Positions 13,972 to 27,579 of a DNA stretch of 64,000 nt are shown here, in pieces. This stretch comes from Eledone cirrhosa (lineage: Eukaryota), in the NCBI GenBank assembly GCA_964016885.1, contig OZ024745.1:127038001-127102000 (forward strand), read 5' to 3'. The stretch's first letter is position 1; each line of letters opens with the position of its first letter. The notes under the pieces were generated by a model that saw only the letters and a list, made by a program, of their open reading frames with translations, did not search any database and was not told where the DNA came from. Position numbers and translations under genes: made by a program.

Positions 13972-16575
13972 CCCCAAAAAGGATAGAGAAAAAAATGTAT
14001 GAATTCCGGAAAGAATATATAAACAGAAATACAAAAATATAGAATATGTGTGGGTATGTATATGATTATATTGCTTGTATGTATGTTATCTCTTTCTCTT
14101 AATTTCGAGTATATTATTTTAACCGGCTACCTTCCTGGTTGCAAGGTTGTAAAAGAAAAGAAATTGTCATCCCTTGAATCGCAAGAATGTTTTGCAAATT
14201 TTGAAGGTGCCAGCTATCGCAGCTATTTGTACACTATGAATTAGGGAGCTGCGCTCTTTGTCCGCAAATCCAAGTTCAGTCATACTTTGTCCAAACGGGT
14301 CGGTATATAACCCGTAGCTCCAATAATGATGGGTATGAAGCTAAAGGTGTATCTTGGATACTGGATTTGCAAACTCCTCATCAATGGTCCGTAGATGTCC
14401 TCCTTCTCCTGTATTTTTCTGACAACGTTTATATCAAGTGGGCATCTGATCTCCACAACAGAACACGTTTTCAATGTGTGGTCCCAAACAACAATATCAG
14501 GCCGGTTGTGCTTTAATTTGGTGGCAGTTTTTATTTTCAGGTTCTACCAGTATTCCTTAGTGCCATCTGTCTAAATATATTCTTCCTCGTTTGTTGTTAA
14601 TTTTGTTTTCCGAAGTGCGTTCCAGATGGTTCTAGCTATCCCATCGTGTCTCATGGGGAGGTAGTAGCGAGATGACATTCTTTCGCAGCTGGCAACAATG
14701 TGGTTTACATCCTTGATCTTTGATTTACATAGCCTACATTTATTGTCAGCTGATGGCCCTCCCCTTTTGTGCAGCAGATATTTGGTAGGGAGTTCTTGTT
14801 CCTGTATTGCATAGAGATATCCCTCAAGGTGTGATGTCATAAACTTGTCGGAACTCCATGCCAGGCTTTTTGAGTGGTTTATCCCCTCTATGGTTTGTGT
14901 TTTACGTCTCAAGTATCCGTGCACAACTTTTTCTGTAAATTGGTCAATTTTTTCATCTTGTTTGAACATTGAATAGGATCTTCCGATTTCTCTGGGTGAG
15001 AGATTTATATCAGGCTTTATTCCATATCTCTCCTCCAGATCAGTGGCTATTCTAATGATATTTTATTTTTCATGCTCATAAGCCTGGGCAAGATGGTTGC
15101 CAACCTTTTTCCTCTGTTGAAGGTGTTGCTTCAGTGTTACTATCCGGGTCTCATATGATGTTAATATGGATTTTAGACCCCGGCCACCTTCCTTGCGTGA
15201 GAAGTATAGCCTATCCACATCACCATTGATGTTAAATTCCCAGTAACACTGAGAAGTTTGCGAGTTCTAACATCCATCTCACTTAGTTCTTGCAATGACC
15301 AGTTCAGCAGGCCAAATGTTGGCGTTAGAATTGGCACAGCATAAGTATTGTGGGCAATGTATTTGTTGTACGCTGACAGTTCTGATGACCATATTTTCTT
15401 TACTCTTCTGAGGTATTCAGTTCTGGTTCTCTCCTTATTTATGGGTCCATCATATCTGACATTCTCATCCTGTCCAAGATATCTGTAGTTGTCACCTGAC
15501 TGTAGAGGTTGTATTGTCAGGCCTTTCATCTCTAGATTTCTAGAGGAGGGTACAGCTCTTCCACGTTTTACTGCAAATATGCACACTTGGACTCACCAAA
15601 TTTCATTTTGATGTCTGTTGAAAATTGTGTAATGAGGTCCAATTGTTTCTTGATGTCATTGATATTTGGCCCATACAACTTCAGGTCAGGTCATCAACAA
15701 AGAAAAGATGGGAGATACTTCTTGACCCACTTCTTTGTCCACCTTGTTTCCTGAGTAGTTAAGATAGTGGATTTAGTGAGAGAACGAAGAGTAGCACTGA
15801 CAAGCTATCACCCTGAAAGATGCCCTTCTGGTAATGTAACCTATCAGTCTTAACTTGCTCCTTCTCACCTCTAAGGATCAAATTGGTGTACCAGTTCTTG
15901 GTCAGACGTTCAACAGCAGCTACCAGTGGTTGTGGGACTTTGGCTAACTGTGAAGCCTTAACAATCCACCCATGAGGTACACTATCAAATGCTTTTTGAT
16001 AGTCCAGCCACACCACAGTCATGTTTCTGCGATTCTTTGTTGTTTTTTCTTGAATCATTTTATTAGTTAGTAGGTGATCTATGCAACCCCACACCTCCCT
16101 CTTTCCACCAGCTTGCTCAGGTGTTATGATGTTGTTGGTAGCACAGTGATCCTGTAAGAACAGGTTAAGGTACCCAGTATATAATTTATACATGATGTTT
16201 TGGCAGGCTATTGGGCGGTAATTTTTAGCAAGGGTGGTTTGGCTATTTTGGGGAATGAGGAGAGTAGTGGCAGTTGATAACCATCTAGGCAGTTCTTTTG
16301 TGCCTTTAATGGTTTCTGTCAACAGCCGTATGAGATCTTGCCGATAGAAAGTGAAATTCTTCAACCAGTATCCTGTAATGAGGTCTGGGCCTGGTGATTT
16401 CCTATTCGACATTTTCTGTAGAGCTGTTTCCAGTATTGACCCATCTATGTCATATTGTTTTGTCTGGACATGTTGGCAGTAGTCCTGTTCCAGTTCTTTT
16501 AGCTAATTAGTTTGTCTGTTGAATCCGTCATCCGTTTCCCATACAGATCTCCAGTAGCTCTCAACCTCTTGATTG
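13969..16575 (-). mobile_element. 5'-truncated R4/Dong-clade non-LTR retrotransposon (RT, CCHC, restriction-like endonuclease), frameshifted
   Basis: SPGPDLITGYWLK, YRPIAC, WLDYQKAFDSVPH, GIFQGDSLS, FFVDD, YRYLG, CRLC..H..C..RHD, HNRPDI..VVEI, PIIIGATG; coding remnant ~16570 to 14167. Confidence 0.9.
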
Positions 16576-16786
16576 CGTGGTTTTAGATGTGTGTTATATG
16601 ATAGCAATGTGACAGCTGAAACATATAACAAAATATTAAGCGTTTCAAATGTCGTTTCTACACCTTTAGATCGTATAGCCTTCAGATAATTGCCAGCTAT
16701 TTCTATGTATGTATGTATGTATGTATGTATGTATGTATGTATGTATGTATGTATGTATGTATGTATGTATGTATGTATGTATGTAT

Positions 16787-17189
16787 GGGAGAGATGACCC
16801 CTTAGCCTTTGTCAAGGCATAATTCTAGGAGAAGGAAAACTCTGATATAACACCTGCAACCCTGATGGTGTCCAATGATGTTGACTTGTTCTTCTTTTTG
16901 GTAAATATCATCTTGGTTAAGAGAGTGGGACTGGCTTTGTGCAGTTCCTTTGCTCACTATAAAAGCTTCACGGCACAGGCATCGCAGAGATCTCTCTGCA
17001 CTTGTCGTCACATGGTACCATGGGCCCAGCACTATGTGTCAATAATTGTCACAAGTGTAATGTTTGTACCAGAGTTTTCAAGTCGCTGGCTGGACTAAAA
17101 TGTCACACTTGTTTAGCGCATCGGTAGGGGTTCTCCTACATGGGTATAAAGTAGTGGCCGTACTCGAAAACGAGTTGGCAGCCACCACA
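16787..17189 (+). mobile_element. Bipartite RTE-derived SINE (5' UTR plus C2H2-encoding 3' end) in (TATG)n
   Basis: ctaggagaaggaaaactctga leader; HKCNVCTRVFKSLAGLK; closely similar copy at 62882-63293. Confidence 0.75.
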
Positions 17190-17542
17190 TGTATATATGT
17201 ATGTATATATGTATGTGTGTGTATGTATGCATGTGTGTATGTATGTGTTTAATGTGTGCTGGTGTTTCTTTTCAAGTAGGAAGAAACTTGGTAAGAAGTT
17301 GTAAACAGAAACCATGTGTGTGAGTATATGTGTGTGTACCTGTCTGTGTGTACGTGTGTATGTGTGTTTGTATAAAAACATGTATGTGTATCCATGCCTT
17401 TATACTGGCATGTATACGTGTGAGTGGATTGTGTATGTGGGTTTGGATGTATGTCTGCGGGAGTATGTATGTGTATGTGTATGTGTATGTGGAAGGGGGT
17501 GACGGATATTGAACCAGAAAAAAGATCACGCGAAGAAGAAAG

Positions 17543-17610
<68 letters not shown>

Positions 17611-17830
17611 AAGAAAGAGAGAGAAAATGAGTGAGAGAGAAGGAAGAAGAGAAAGAAAGAAAGAAAGAAAGAGGGGGGGAGAGAAAGAAAGAGAGAGAGA
17701 GAGAGAAAGAAAGAGAGAGAAGGAGGGAGAGAAAAAAAGAAAGAGAGAGAGAAAATGTAGAAAAAAAGAAAAAGCAAGAGACAGAGAGAGAAAAGGGAGA
17801 TGAAAGAGAAAGAGAGAGAGAGAAGGAGAG

Positions 17831-17869
<39 letters not shown>

Positions 17870-18420
17870 GAAAGAGAGATAAACTGGCAATATTGTCTGC
17901 AACATTCCATAAAGATGGCGGAAAGGTAGTGTTTACATAACAAGAATCTATGGAGAAGTTATTTCATCATATTGGCATTTAATGGGGGCAATGTTCCGTT
18001 TAGTAACACACAAGCGTCTATATACACTCACATACACGTAATTTTCACACACGCATTAATATAAATACGCAATATTTACACATACTCATACATAACACCT
18101 ATATATATACACATTTCGTTCAAAAATACGTACATACATACAAGCATACATACAACCATACATACATACATACATACATACAACCATACATACATACATA
18201 CATACATACATACAACCATACATACATGCATACAACCATACATACATACATACAACCATACATACATACATACAACCATACATACATACATACATCCATA
18301 CATACAACCATACATACATACATACATACATACATACATACATACATACATACAACCATACATACATACATACATACATACATACATACATACATACATA
18401 CATACATACATACATACATA

Positions 18421-19340
18421 CAAAGGATACGCTTTTGCAATCCAAGAACAGGAAATCAACACGAAATACCTGATTCACAAAAGAGATAGGTATGCAGGCA
18501 AAACACCTAGATGTGATAACAAGTGCAGACTCTGCAGAACTAACATCGAGGATATCACCCATGACATCAGCAGCTGTCCAAAGATGTCATCGCGGTACTA
18601 TCTACCTACGAGGCATGATGTAGTGGCCAAAACACTGTACGATGCAATCTGTAGAAAAGATAGCCCCGATAATAAACACATTAAAAGCTACAGCAATGTG
18701 GAAGACATCCATATACATAATACGAAAGAGTACTGGTGGAATGTTCCAGTAAAAACGCCAATAAAATGCCGGCATAACAGACCAGATATTATGATATGGG
18801 ACAGGGAGAAGAAAGCATGCACAGTAGTGGAAATTAGCTGCCCAGCAATGGCAATATAATATCAAAGATTAGTGAAAAGGAGAATATTTATGCAGAACTG
18901 ATGAGAAATCTGCAGATACTCCACCCTGATTACACCTTCAGATTTATGCCTGTGATTATTGGGGCACTGGGATATGTTAGTAACTTCCTCATTACAAATC
19001 TTGAGAAGCTAGGCTTCACAGGAACAGAAAGAACACAACTAGTTAGGAAACTACAAGTACAATCCATTAATGGAACAGTAAAAATATGTAAAACATTCCA
19101 AAAATGTTGCATCTAATAACTGCATATACACATGTACAGATACAAAGCATATACACATGCACACATACAACTCAAAACATCCACATCCACACATACAATA
19201 ACATCCATATCTACACATACATACAAACATATCTACCTAGTTGATGTTGTGTAAATTCCAATGAGAGAGTCTTGTAACTATGTTAGAAACCGACTCTCTC
19301 TCTATTGGTAAAACTTTGTGAAATTATAAAACCAGAAGAA
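18421..19340 (+). mobile_element. 3' fragment of a second R4/Dong-clade element inside (CATA)n
   Basis: AIQEQEINTKYL, KCRLC, MSSRYYLPTRHD, HNRPDIMIWD..VVEISCP, PVIIGALG; stop at 19116; (CATA)n on both sides. Confidence 0.9.
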
Positions 19341-19920
19341 CATACATACATACATACATACATAGCTACATACATACATACATACACACAAACATACATA
19401 CATGCACACATACATACATATATACCATACATACATACACACAAACATACATACATACATACACACATACATACATACATACACACAAACATACATACAT
19501 GCATACATACATACATACATACATACATACATACATACACACAAACATACATACATACATACACACATACATACATACATACACACATACACACAAACAT
19601 ACATACATACACACACATACACACAAACATACATACATACACACAGACATACATACATAAATACATACACACATACATACATACATACACACATACACAC
19701 AAACATACATACATACACACACATACACATAAACATACATACATACACACAAACATACATACATACATACATACATACATACATTTATACATACATTCTC
19801 CTCCCCCCCTTCCTCCTCCAGCATCCTCCTCGTCTATCCACCTCCTCCATTCTCCTCTGTTCTTCTCCCTCCTCCTCCTCTTCCTCCTCCTTCCTTTTTT
19901 TCCTTCTTTTTCTTCGTCCA

Positions 19921-20265
19921 CTTATTCCCGAGAGAGTCCTGTCAGAAACAACCGTATCCAACTGATCCTGCAGGATCCCCAACCGAGACCAGCCAAGCTC
20001 GTAGATGTTATCCAACCATCTTGCTCGGGGTCTATCCCTGCGTCTATTGGTTCTACCTGTTGGTTTTGCCCGTAAAATCTATCAAGAGATTCTTTCCTGA
20101 GACATTCTAACCACATGCCCATAGATCGATGCTCTGATATTTCAATTCGGAGAAGTAGTGGTTCTACCTGGAATGACTCCCTAATCTGCGAGCTGCGTTA
20201 CTCTATCGAGTAACGCCACTCCAAAGTACACATTTAAAATGTTTATTAATGTTTTGTCTATCTAA
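19921..20265 (-). mobile_element. RTE-clade LINE 3' fragment
   Basis: GHVVRMSQER...[19 protein letters not shown]; paralogues at 26873-27150 (+), 33670-34050 (-), 37468-37562 (-) and 63757-64000 (-). Confidence 0.75.
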
Positions 20266-20280
20266 TATTATTTTAATTTA

Positions 20281-20470
20281 ACGGTGGATGGCAGTATCGG
20301 TAGAGGGTCTGACGCCATGCTTTGCAGCAAAGAGTTACGGCCCTTGCCATTCTGAGTTCAAATCCCGCCGAGGTTAACTTTGCCTTTCATCCTTACGGGG
20401 TCGATAAAATAAAGTACCAGTAATACACTGGGATAATTGCTGGCCTTGTGCCAAAAGCAGAAACAATTAT
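20281..20470 (+). mobile_element. tRNA-derived SINE
   Basis: Full-length match to the window's main SINE. Confidence 0.85.
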
Positions 20471-20659
20471 TTTAATTTAAACCATCAGATGATGGTTCGA
20501 TTTGTAAATACCAAAGAGTAAAAGAAAATTCAAGGAAATAATCCACACTGACAGACAGTCAGAATTGAAATAATGTAGATTTTAAAGAATATATAATTAT
20601 GGTTTCTTGAATGCGGTCTTATTATATTGCATGCACTGCTGGTCCCGTAACTCTTGAAG

Positions 20660-20980
20660 TAGTTGTAGGGGTGTTGTGTAGGGGACATACGGCGTTTCTC
20701 GAGGCTTTTTTAAAATCTGGCAGAGCCCATCTCCTCTCCAGGTTTGAATACAGCAGATTTCTTCCAGATAGGATACAGAATGAAAGAGAGAATAGAATTG
20801 AGAAAGAGATATAGAGGAAGGATCGACCCAGTACTAGACTGGTACTTTTTTATCGACCTCGAATAGATGAAAGGTAAAGTTGGCCTTGTCGGGATTTGAA
20901 CTCAGAGAGCAGAGATCCGGAACGAATACCGCAAAGCATTATATCCGACGTTCTAACGACTCTGCTAATTCGCTGCCTCT
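20660..20980 (-). mobile_element. Older SINE subfamily with extended tail
   Basis: Same core plus tail shared with 28345-28655 (-) and partly 27740-27897. Confidence 0.6.
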
Positions 20981-22260
20981 TATTATATTACAAGTAACCT
21001 AATGTGGCCTTTCAACCTGAAAAAGTTCACCACTTTTAAACTAGAGTCTGCTTACAGAGCCTCTTTTTTTTGCATAGCACATTTTTCTTATCGATCTATA
21101 CAGTCACTGTGACAGATACTCTAATCTATTCTTTATTGATCACAGTTGAATATCTTTACCCGGACAGATTGTTTTCCCCCTCCCACACCCTGAAATTAGC
21201 ATAAATCTGTGGTCATTTAACATGAAACTTTGCTTTGATCTTCTACTTTCTCTTGGGTCAGGAATCACTCACTGTGTATATATTGTTTTCACAGAGAACA
21301 TATAACAGATTTGTTACCACTTTGTTTTATCGTTGCACGAGCCAGCCGAGAATTTTTGAGCTCTGATTTTGTAGTACATCTACCTCAATCTGACCATTCA
21401 GTCTTCATATTTAACGAAGAAGTAACTTAGAGCCAAAGGCGGATTAAATTTGCATGAGGTCCTTGACGGAGAATTTATATATATTATTTAAGGTAACAAA
21501 TAATAATTTGTGGCCCTATAAATATTGTGGGCTTGTAGTTACAGCCCTGTTAGCACCCCCCTCAATACCACCACTGCCCAGAGCCGTTTGTGCTTCTGCC
21601 ACACCAACTATACTGCCCCTTGCAAAAGCCTCATCTGATTTACTCAATAACTCCCCATGTAACACCCTGCCGTCTATCGCTAAGTGTTCGATAAACATAA
21701 TCGATACTATATTACGTTTTTGATTCATAATTTATTTTTTCTTTCAAATCCCGCCGAAGTCGACTTTACCTTTCATCCTTTCGAGATCGAAAAAATAATG
21801 TTTAGAGTCCTTTTTATGCCAGATCTTCTCCATTAAATCCATCATATGGCACGAAGAAATTTGCTTTGGTTTCGTAGACCAAATTAAATACTGAGTTACA
21901 CATCTTTTTGAATGTGAATTCAATGAGTGGTTCCAGTTGACAGAACAAGTGAAGGCTTATACGTCCTTCTTGACAGGTTAAGTACTGGGATCGATACAAT
22001 CAACTTTTTTTCCCCAAAATTGCTGGCTTTTATTTCTAAATTAGAAGTCATCATTTTCTAGTAGATATTGCTACAGACACAAACATTCTAAACAAGTGAC
22101 TTTTGATGAAGGACTAGCGTCTGAAGCGTTAATACACTTTTCCTACTATATCAAGTGTTAACCTAATATATATTTTCAATGTACTGTGTTATTTGCTTTG
22201 TTATTTCGGTTTATTTTTTACATACATATATAAAGTCCTTTAACTCGACCGCTCTACATA

Positions 22261-22400
22261 ACTTTATTTTATCGACCCCGTAAGGATGAAAGGCAAAGTT
22301 AACCTCGGCGGGATTTGAACTCAGAATGGCAAGGGCCGTAACTCTTTGCTGCAAAGCATGGCGTCCGACCCTCTACCGATACTGCCAATTCACCGCCCTA
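22261..22400 (-). mobile_element. tRNA-derived SINE, 3'-truncated
   Basis: Match to the main SINE. Confidence 0.8.
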
Positions 22401-23130
22401 GCAGATAACATAATATTTCCAATGTATTCATCGTACATGACTACTTGCACGTTTGCCTTTCCAACTGTATCTTCTCTTGTTACTATACATTCCAGCTATC
22501 CAGCTGTGTATCATCATCACTACGTTTCCTGTCCGATTCACTCGTCTTATATTCTTTCATAGGCTCTGCTATGTGTTTCTGTACTAGATACTTCGTCCAA
22601 AAACAACAACAGAACTCTCCACCACTGGAGATTCTTTCCTAGCCACGATTTTCCTACAGACAAGGTACAAATTTTTAGAGATACAGGGTATATATTTGTG
22701 TAATCTTTGTGTGCATATTTTATAATTCTGGCATATTTTCCATTGTAAGAAAGACTGTTATGAAATTAGAATGTAGCAAGACATAACTGAAATACCGTAA
22801 AAACATTTGGTTCATCACCCACCCAACATGCTGCAATCATAATACTAAAGATAACAATTTCAAGTATTTTAACATCTAATAGATATACAATAAGATAATT
22901 AGTTGAATAAATAAATGAATGTATATATGAGATTAACGCCGCTCTGTCGAACAGCTTCTTAAACTATAGGCATAGCTAGAGAGTCAAACTATGTTTCCTG
23001 ATTGTACCAGGTAATCACATCAACTTTTCGTGGAATTTACTTAAAGCTAGGAACTCTCTTAATCTCTCTCTCTGCTTTCCTTTTTCTCCCTCTCTCCCTA
23101 CTCTCTCTCTTTCTTTCTGTATATATCTAT

Positions 23131-23302
23131 CTAAAGCGGGTAAAATTCCCGAGATCCATGGACGAGTTCTCTCCAGCGGTCTCTGTCCCTCATTATCGCC
23201 GCCATATCCTGCATCTCCAACAGACCAGTGTCTGTCCTTAGGGCATCAACATATGTTAACCTTGGTCTTCCTCTTCTAGTGTGTCCATGTAGGGGCTCCC
23301 AA
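23131..23302 (-). mobile_element. RTE-clade LINE 3' end
   Basis: WEPLHGHTRRGRPRLTYVDALRTDTGL...MRDRDRWRELV. Confidence 0.7.
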
Positions 23303-23402
23303 TATATATATATATATATAAAATAAATATATAAATATATAAATATATATAAAATAAACTAAAATAAATAAGTCAAATATTTAAAATTTGGCTTCGTTTA
23401 TT

Positions 23403-23457
23403 ACTGCAATATATATTTCGGTGACAGCCATCTTTGGCTGTGACCTCTTCAGGCAGT
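23403..23457 (-). ncRNA. Minimal type I hammerhead ribozyme motif
   Basis: ACTGC CTGAAGA GGT cACAGCC aaagat GGCTGTc ACC GAAA TATATA TT GCAGT. Confidence 0.85.
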
Positions 23458-23663
23458 CCGAATTAGTGTGGTAGAGACGAGTACACATGTTGTTGAGGTG
23501 TATAACTTTGTCAATACTCTGATATGCCCAGTTCCTGGTTGGGTTGTTATTTCACTGAGGAACTGGAATCATACACCAAACCAACCTGCGCACTTCGTCG
23601 AGTGCTCCAGCTGCATACTGAGGTGTTGGTAGACAACCAACATATACTCAACAAAAAAAACAA

Positions 23664-23705
<42 letters not shown>

Positions 23706-23795
23706 GAAAAATTGAACAGGGACAGAACAGAGAGGCAGTACAATAAATGTTTATTAAATTCACGCTCAGGAGAGAGAGAGAGAGAGAGAGAGAGG

Positions 23796-23842
<47 letters not shown>

Positions 23843-23862
23843 TATTGCTTCGAAGTCACTAG

Positions 23863-23955
23863 ACGTATCTGAGGAACTTGCGAATCCAGATTCAGGTTCG
23901 ATCCACAAACAGATCGAACCTCGAGCTGTTCGCCGGAGAAACAATTGTAATACGT
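23863..23955 (+). ncRNA. Type I hammerhead motif with extended stem II
   Basis: ACGTAT CTGAGGA actt GCGAA [AGGTTCGATC cacaaaca GATCGAACCT] TTCGC cgga GAAA CAATTG TA ATACGT. Confidence 0.8.
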
Positions 23956-24074
23956 AATAAATTGTGTTCCGTTGAATCACTGATTCTTCCTTTTCCATAT
24001 TATCATACTCTGCTCCGAAGGAGCATAGAGTGCTCAACTGACATACCGCCTATGGACGCATCCTAGCAACCATA

Positions 24075-24127
<53 letters not shown>

Positions 24128-24149
24128 ACATATATATATATATATATAC

Positions 24150-24377
24150 AATATATTAAAAATGGAAACTATATTTATAAAACCATATTTATTTTATTAT
24201 ACGTATATAAAGGGCCACCAAGGCAAATTATGGTGCGCTTTCATCAGATAAAATACAATACAGATTTGTTTTATAAATAAATATTGACATATCCTGAAAA
24301 AAGACAACCTTAACGGTTGGAGCTTCCTGGATCAAATTTTTAAGCTTGTTGAATCCCAACAAATTAAATATAACCTT

Positions 24378-24380
<3 letters not shown>
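24150..24380 (-). mobile_element. PLE-like terminus (most abundant family) with degenerate hammerhead, between (TA)n tracts
   Basis: Homologous to 29795-29972, 30234-30582, 36861-37263 and 56829-57125. Confidence 0.7.
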
Positions 24381-24412
<32 letters not shown>

Positions 24413-24637
24413 GGGATAACAGATTATTGTTATAGACAGTCCACTTAGGTGTAGTCCAGTTAAGGTACTCCGAGTAGTGGATGGTATCAACACTTGGCTA
24501 AATTTGACTCAACAAGGCGTTTCCATAGTGATGTTGCGAGTACGCGGTGATTTCTATGTTGTTTACACTTGGAGTAATGATAAATCAAGAAAGAAGAGTG
24601 ACACGGTTTGCTATACAATAAGGGCTTTAATCACATT

Positions 24638-24743
24638 GCTGACAATTGTTTCTCTGAACTGGTAGGTCTAGAGATCGCTACCCGCCTGTTTCTGCGTCAA
24701 TCGATCACCAATACATAGTTATAACCAGTCAATTCATCAGAGC
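24638..24743 (-). ncRNA. Type I hammerhead motif with large loop II
   Basis: GCT CTGATGA att GACTGGT [~58 nt] ACCAGTT caga GAAA CAATTG TC AGC. Confidence 0.7.
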
Positions 24744-25569
24744 TAGCGAGAATGAAGGGAATACACAGGCCTGGCTTCTATATATAGTAGTGACATTCAA
24801 TCAGAACGATAGCAACAATACTAACAATGCTAGCAATAAATTAGTTGAAATAATCACAACATCAATCTAAGTAAGACATAGAGCATACTTATGAGTTTAG
24901 CATGTAAAACGAGTTGATATGAGGCAGATGTATGAGATTGACATGTAAAAGCTGTCATGTAGTGTATTATATATAGTGTAGAGGTAAGCTGTGCTTTAAA
25001 CAATGTACCATTTCCTTTACCGTAGGTTTGGTGACCGTAAGAATTATTTATTATCTGACAGATAAAATATTTTTCATTTTAGTGAGGATAGACATTTTTG
25101 TGGTGTGAAGTGGATTCAATATTTAAGTGGTCTATATTAGATGAAGGGATTGTTAGTTCGAATCATGGGGTTGTTTAGCTTTCACATCATCAATAACATA
25201 CATGTATAAGATAACATTAACAGAGTAGCAATATAATAGGTAAGATAATACAGAGGTTAAGGATAATATATATATAGAGAAAACATGCTGACTACAATTA
25301 TAACAACAGGAGGAAGGTGTTGTTTTACTGCGGTAGTATTCTGATAATGTACTTGGATTTAGGTTCATCTGTTGAGAATCAAGGGTGAGGAAATTGTGTT
25401 GACAGCAGCTGAGAAGAGATATATTTATGGGTTGATAAGATATTTGCAGACATTACTGTGGTATAGAATTAAGAAGGCTAGAATATGTTTAATGAATATT
25501 ATAGTTCTGTGGTGGTCTGTTTAATAGTGTGGATTTCATATGTTGAATGCTAAGTTATATTGGTTCGAT

Positions 25570-25937
25570 TCACGGTGGCTTAAATCTTGTGAATTTAGTG
25601 GCGATCCTGTGTCTGCAGAAAATTGATCTTTCTATCTTGTTGTTGAGTAGCCTTTTTTCATTCCTAAGGATATACAGTAATTCAAGATCGCAGAGCCTAC
25701 AATAGGACATACAGGTACTATATGCCCCTGCGGCCGACAACCTCGACCAGTTGATATTGTAGTTGATGTTATTGTTCTTAAGTTCCCAGAATTATTTTGG
25801 CGAGGGTTGTAGAACCTATAAGTGCACGCATCTTCATCGAGTGTCTGTGCACATACCATCTTTTTTAAAAGTACCGCGGTGGATCCAATGTAATGCCAAG
25901 TGGAGTTGCCCGAGTTCACCGTACACATATAGACCAC
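25570..25937 (-). pseudogene. PLE GIY-YIG endonuclease remnant (frameshifted)
   Basis: VYMCTV..WHYIGST, KKRWYVH, STTLAK, WELK..YNINW, CRLCDLELLYI..LLN..E...CRH. Confidence 0.85.
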
Positions 25938-26872
25938 TTAAATATTGAATCCACTTCACACCACAAAAATGACTATCCTCACTACAATGAAAAATATTTT
26001 ATCTGTCAGATAATAAATCATTTTTACGGTCACCAAACCTACGGTAAAGGAAATGGTACATTGTTTAAAGCCCCGGCTTATCTCTACACTATATATAATA
26101 CACCCCATGACAGCTTTTACATGTCAATCTCATACATCTGCCTCATATCAGCTCGTTTTACATGCTAAAGTCATAAGTATACTCTATGTCTTACTTAGAT
26201 TGATGTTGTGATTATTTCAACTAATTTATTGCTAGCATTGTTATCGTTCTGATTGAATGTCACTACTATATATAGAAGCCATGCCTAACTCTCTCATCAG
26301 AAATCCAACGTATGGAAATATCCCAAAACTAACAATAATTTCCTGGCAAATGCTCTGAAATCTTAAGAAGAAACTTAATAACTGTTACTGAGTAAAAACA
26401 AAGAAAATCCCCCCAAAAAACATTACATATCTACGTCTAGCGATGAGCTAGAAGCAAGTGTTGTTATTCCCGACCAAGCCTAGTTCTTTGCTATAAATTA
26501 TCTGGGGTTAATGCGGTAAACCCAACTTCTCTTCAAATTAAATTCTATAAATAGTATAGCTTTTATTTAATAGCACTGTATCAAACCTTGGCTCTACACA
26601 CGATGATGCTTCTGGGATCGCTGGCATAGGATGACCCTGGCCTCGTCGAGGAAGAATTTACCCAGTTCTGGACTAGAACATTTTTTATTGACATCAAGAG
26701 GATGAAAGGCAAAGATGAAAGGCAAGGATTTGAACTCAAGAGTGTAATGAATCGAGACAAACACCGCAGAGCTCTCTGTCCGACATTGTAACGACTCTGT
26801 CAATCCGCCACTTATATGTATATACATATCCATGTGTATACTTTGATGGATATATTTGTGTATCAGTATATG

Positions 26873-27067
26873 TGTTGACAGATTTTACGGACAAAACCAG
26901 CCGGTAGAAGACCCAGGAATAGACCCCGAGCAAAATGGTTGGATAACATCCGTGAGCTTGGGTGTTCTCGCTTGGGGATCAAGCCGGATCTATTTGAGAC
27001 GGTTGCTTCTGACAGGATCCGCTAGAAGACGTGTTTGAAAACTCTGCCCCTACGACCCTCTCATGAA

Positions 27068-27098
<31 letters not shown>

Positions 27099-27150
27099 AA
27101 GAAGAAGAAGAAGAAGAAGAAGAAGAAGAAGAAGAAGAAGAAGAAGAAGA
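26873..27150 (+). mobile_element. RTE LINE 3' fragment with (AAG)n tail
   Basis: KPAGRRPRNRPRAKWLDNI; tail 27069-27150. Confidence 0.75.
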
Positions 27151-27579
27151 AATATATGTGTTTGTATAGGCGTTTATATGTTATTTCGTTCTTTTTCCGC
27201 TTACTTTAGTCATCATGACTAAGGGCATACTGGAGCACCGCCTTTAAAACGTCCAAATATGCATACATAAGAATGTGTATAAAAGGGTGTATAATCAGTA
27301 AGATTTCTTCCGATCTCAAGTGAACGCTTTATTTTTATTTTTATTCTCATGTGTCCAATGAAGAAAAATGCAGAAATAGCGAAAGTGGAGAGTGGAAAAG
27401 AGATACTTTCTTTTACACTTTTCATTTGTTTTTTTTTTAGATAATAATTCCAAATATAGGTGAAGATATTCTACAAGATGACTCAAATAATGTTCCTCAT
27501 TATATATTTATATATAGACTCATAAATGAAGTTGCAGGGCTACTTTTAACCGGGTGGAGCCTATTATTTCTTTAGGTCA

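Larger units (their letters stand above)
24412..26286 (-). mobile_element. 5'-truncated Penelope-like element with inverted terminal segment
   Basis: GIY-YIG remnant 25937-25570, 3' UTR, hammerhead 24743-24638, ends at (TA)n; inverted arms 24767-25137 and 25927-26286. Confidence 0.85.

Noticed and set aside
21516-21728. 70-aa ORF with plausible composition; similar cases at 40142-40655 and 61763-61999
   Set aside because: No recognisable motif or exon structure
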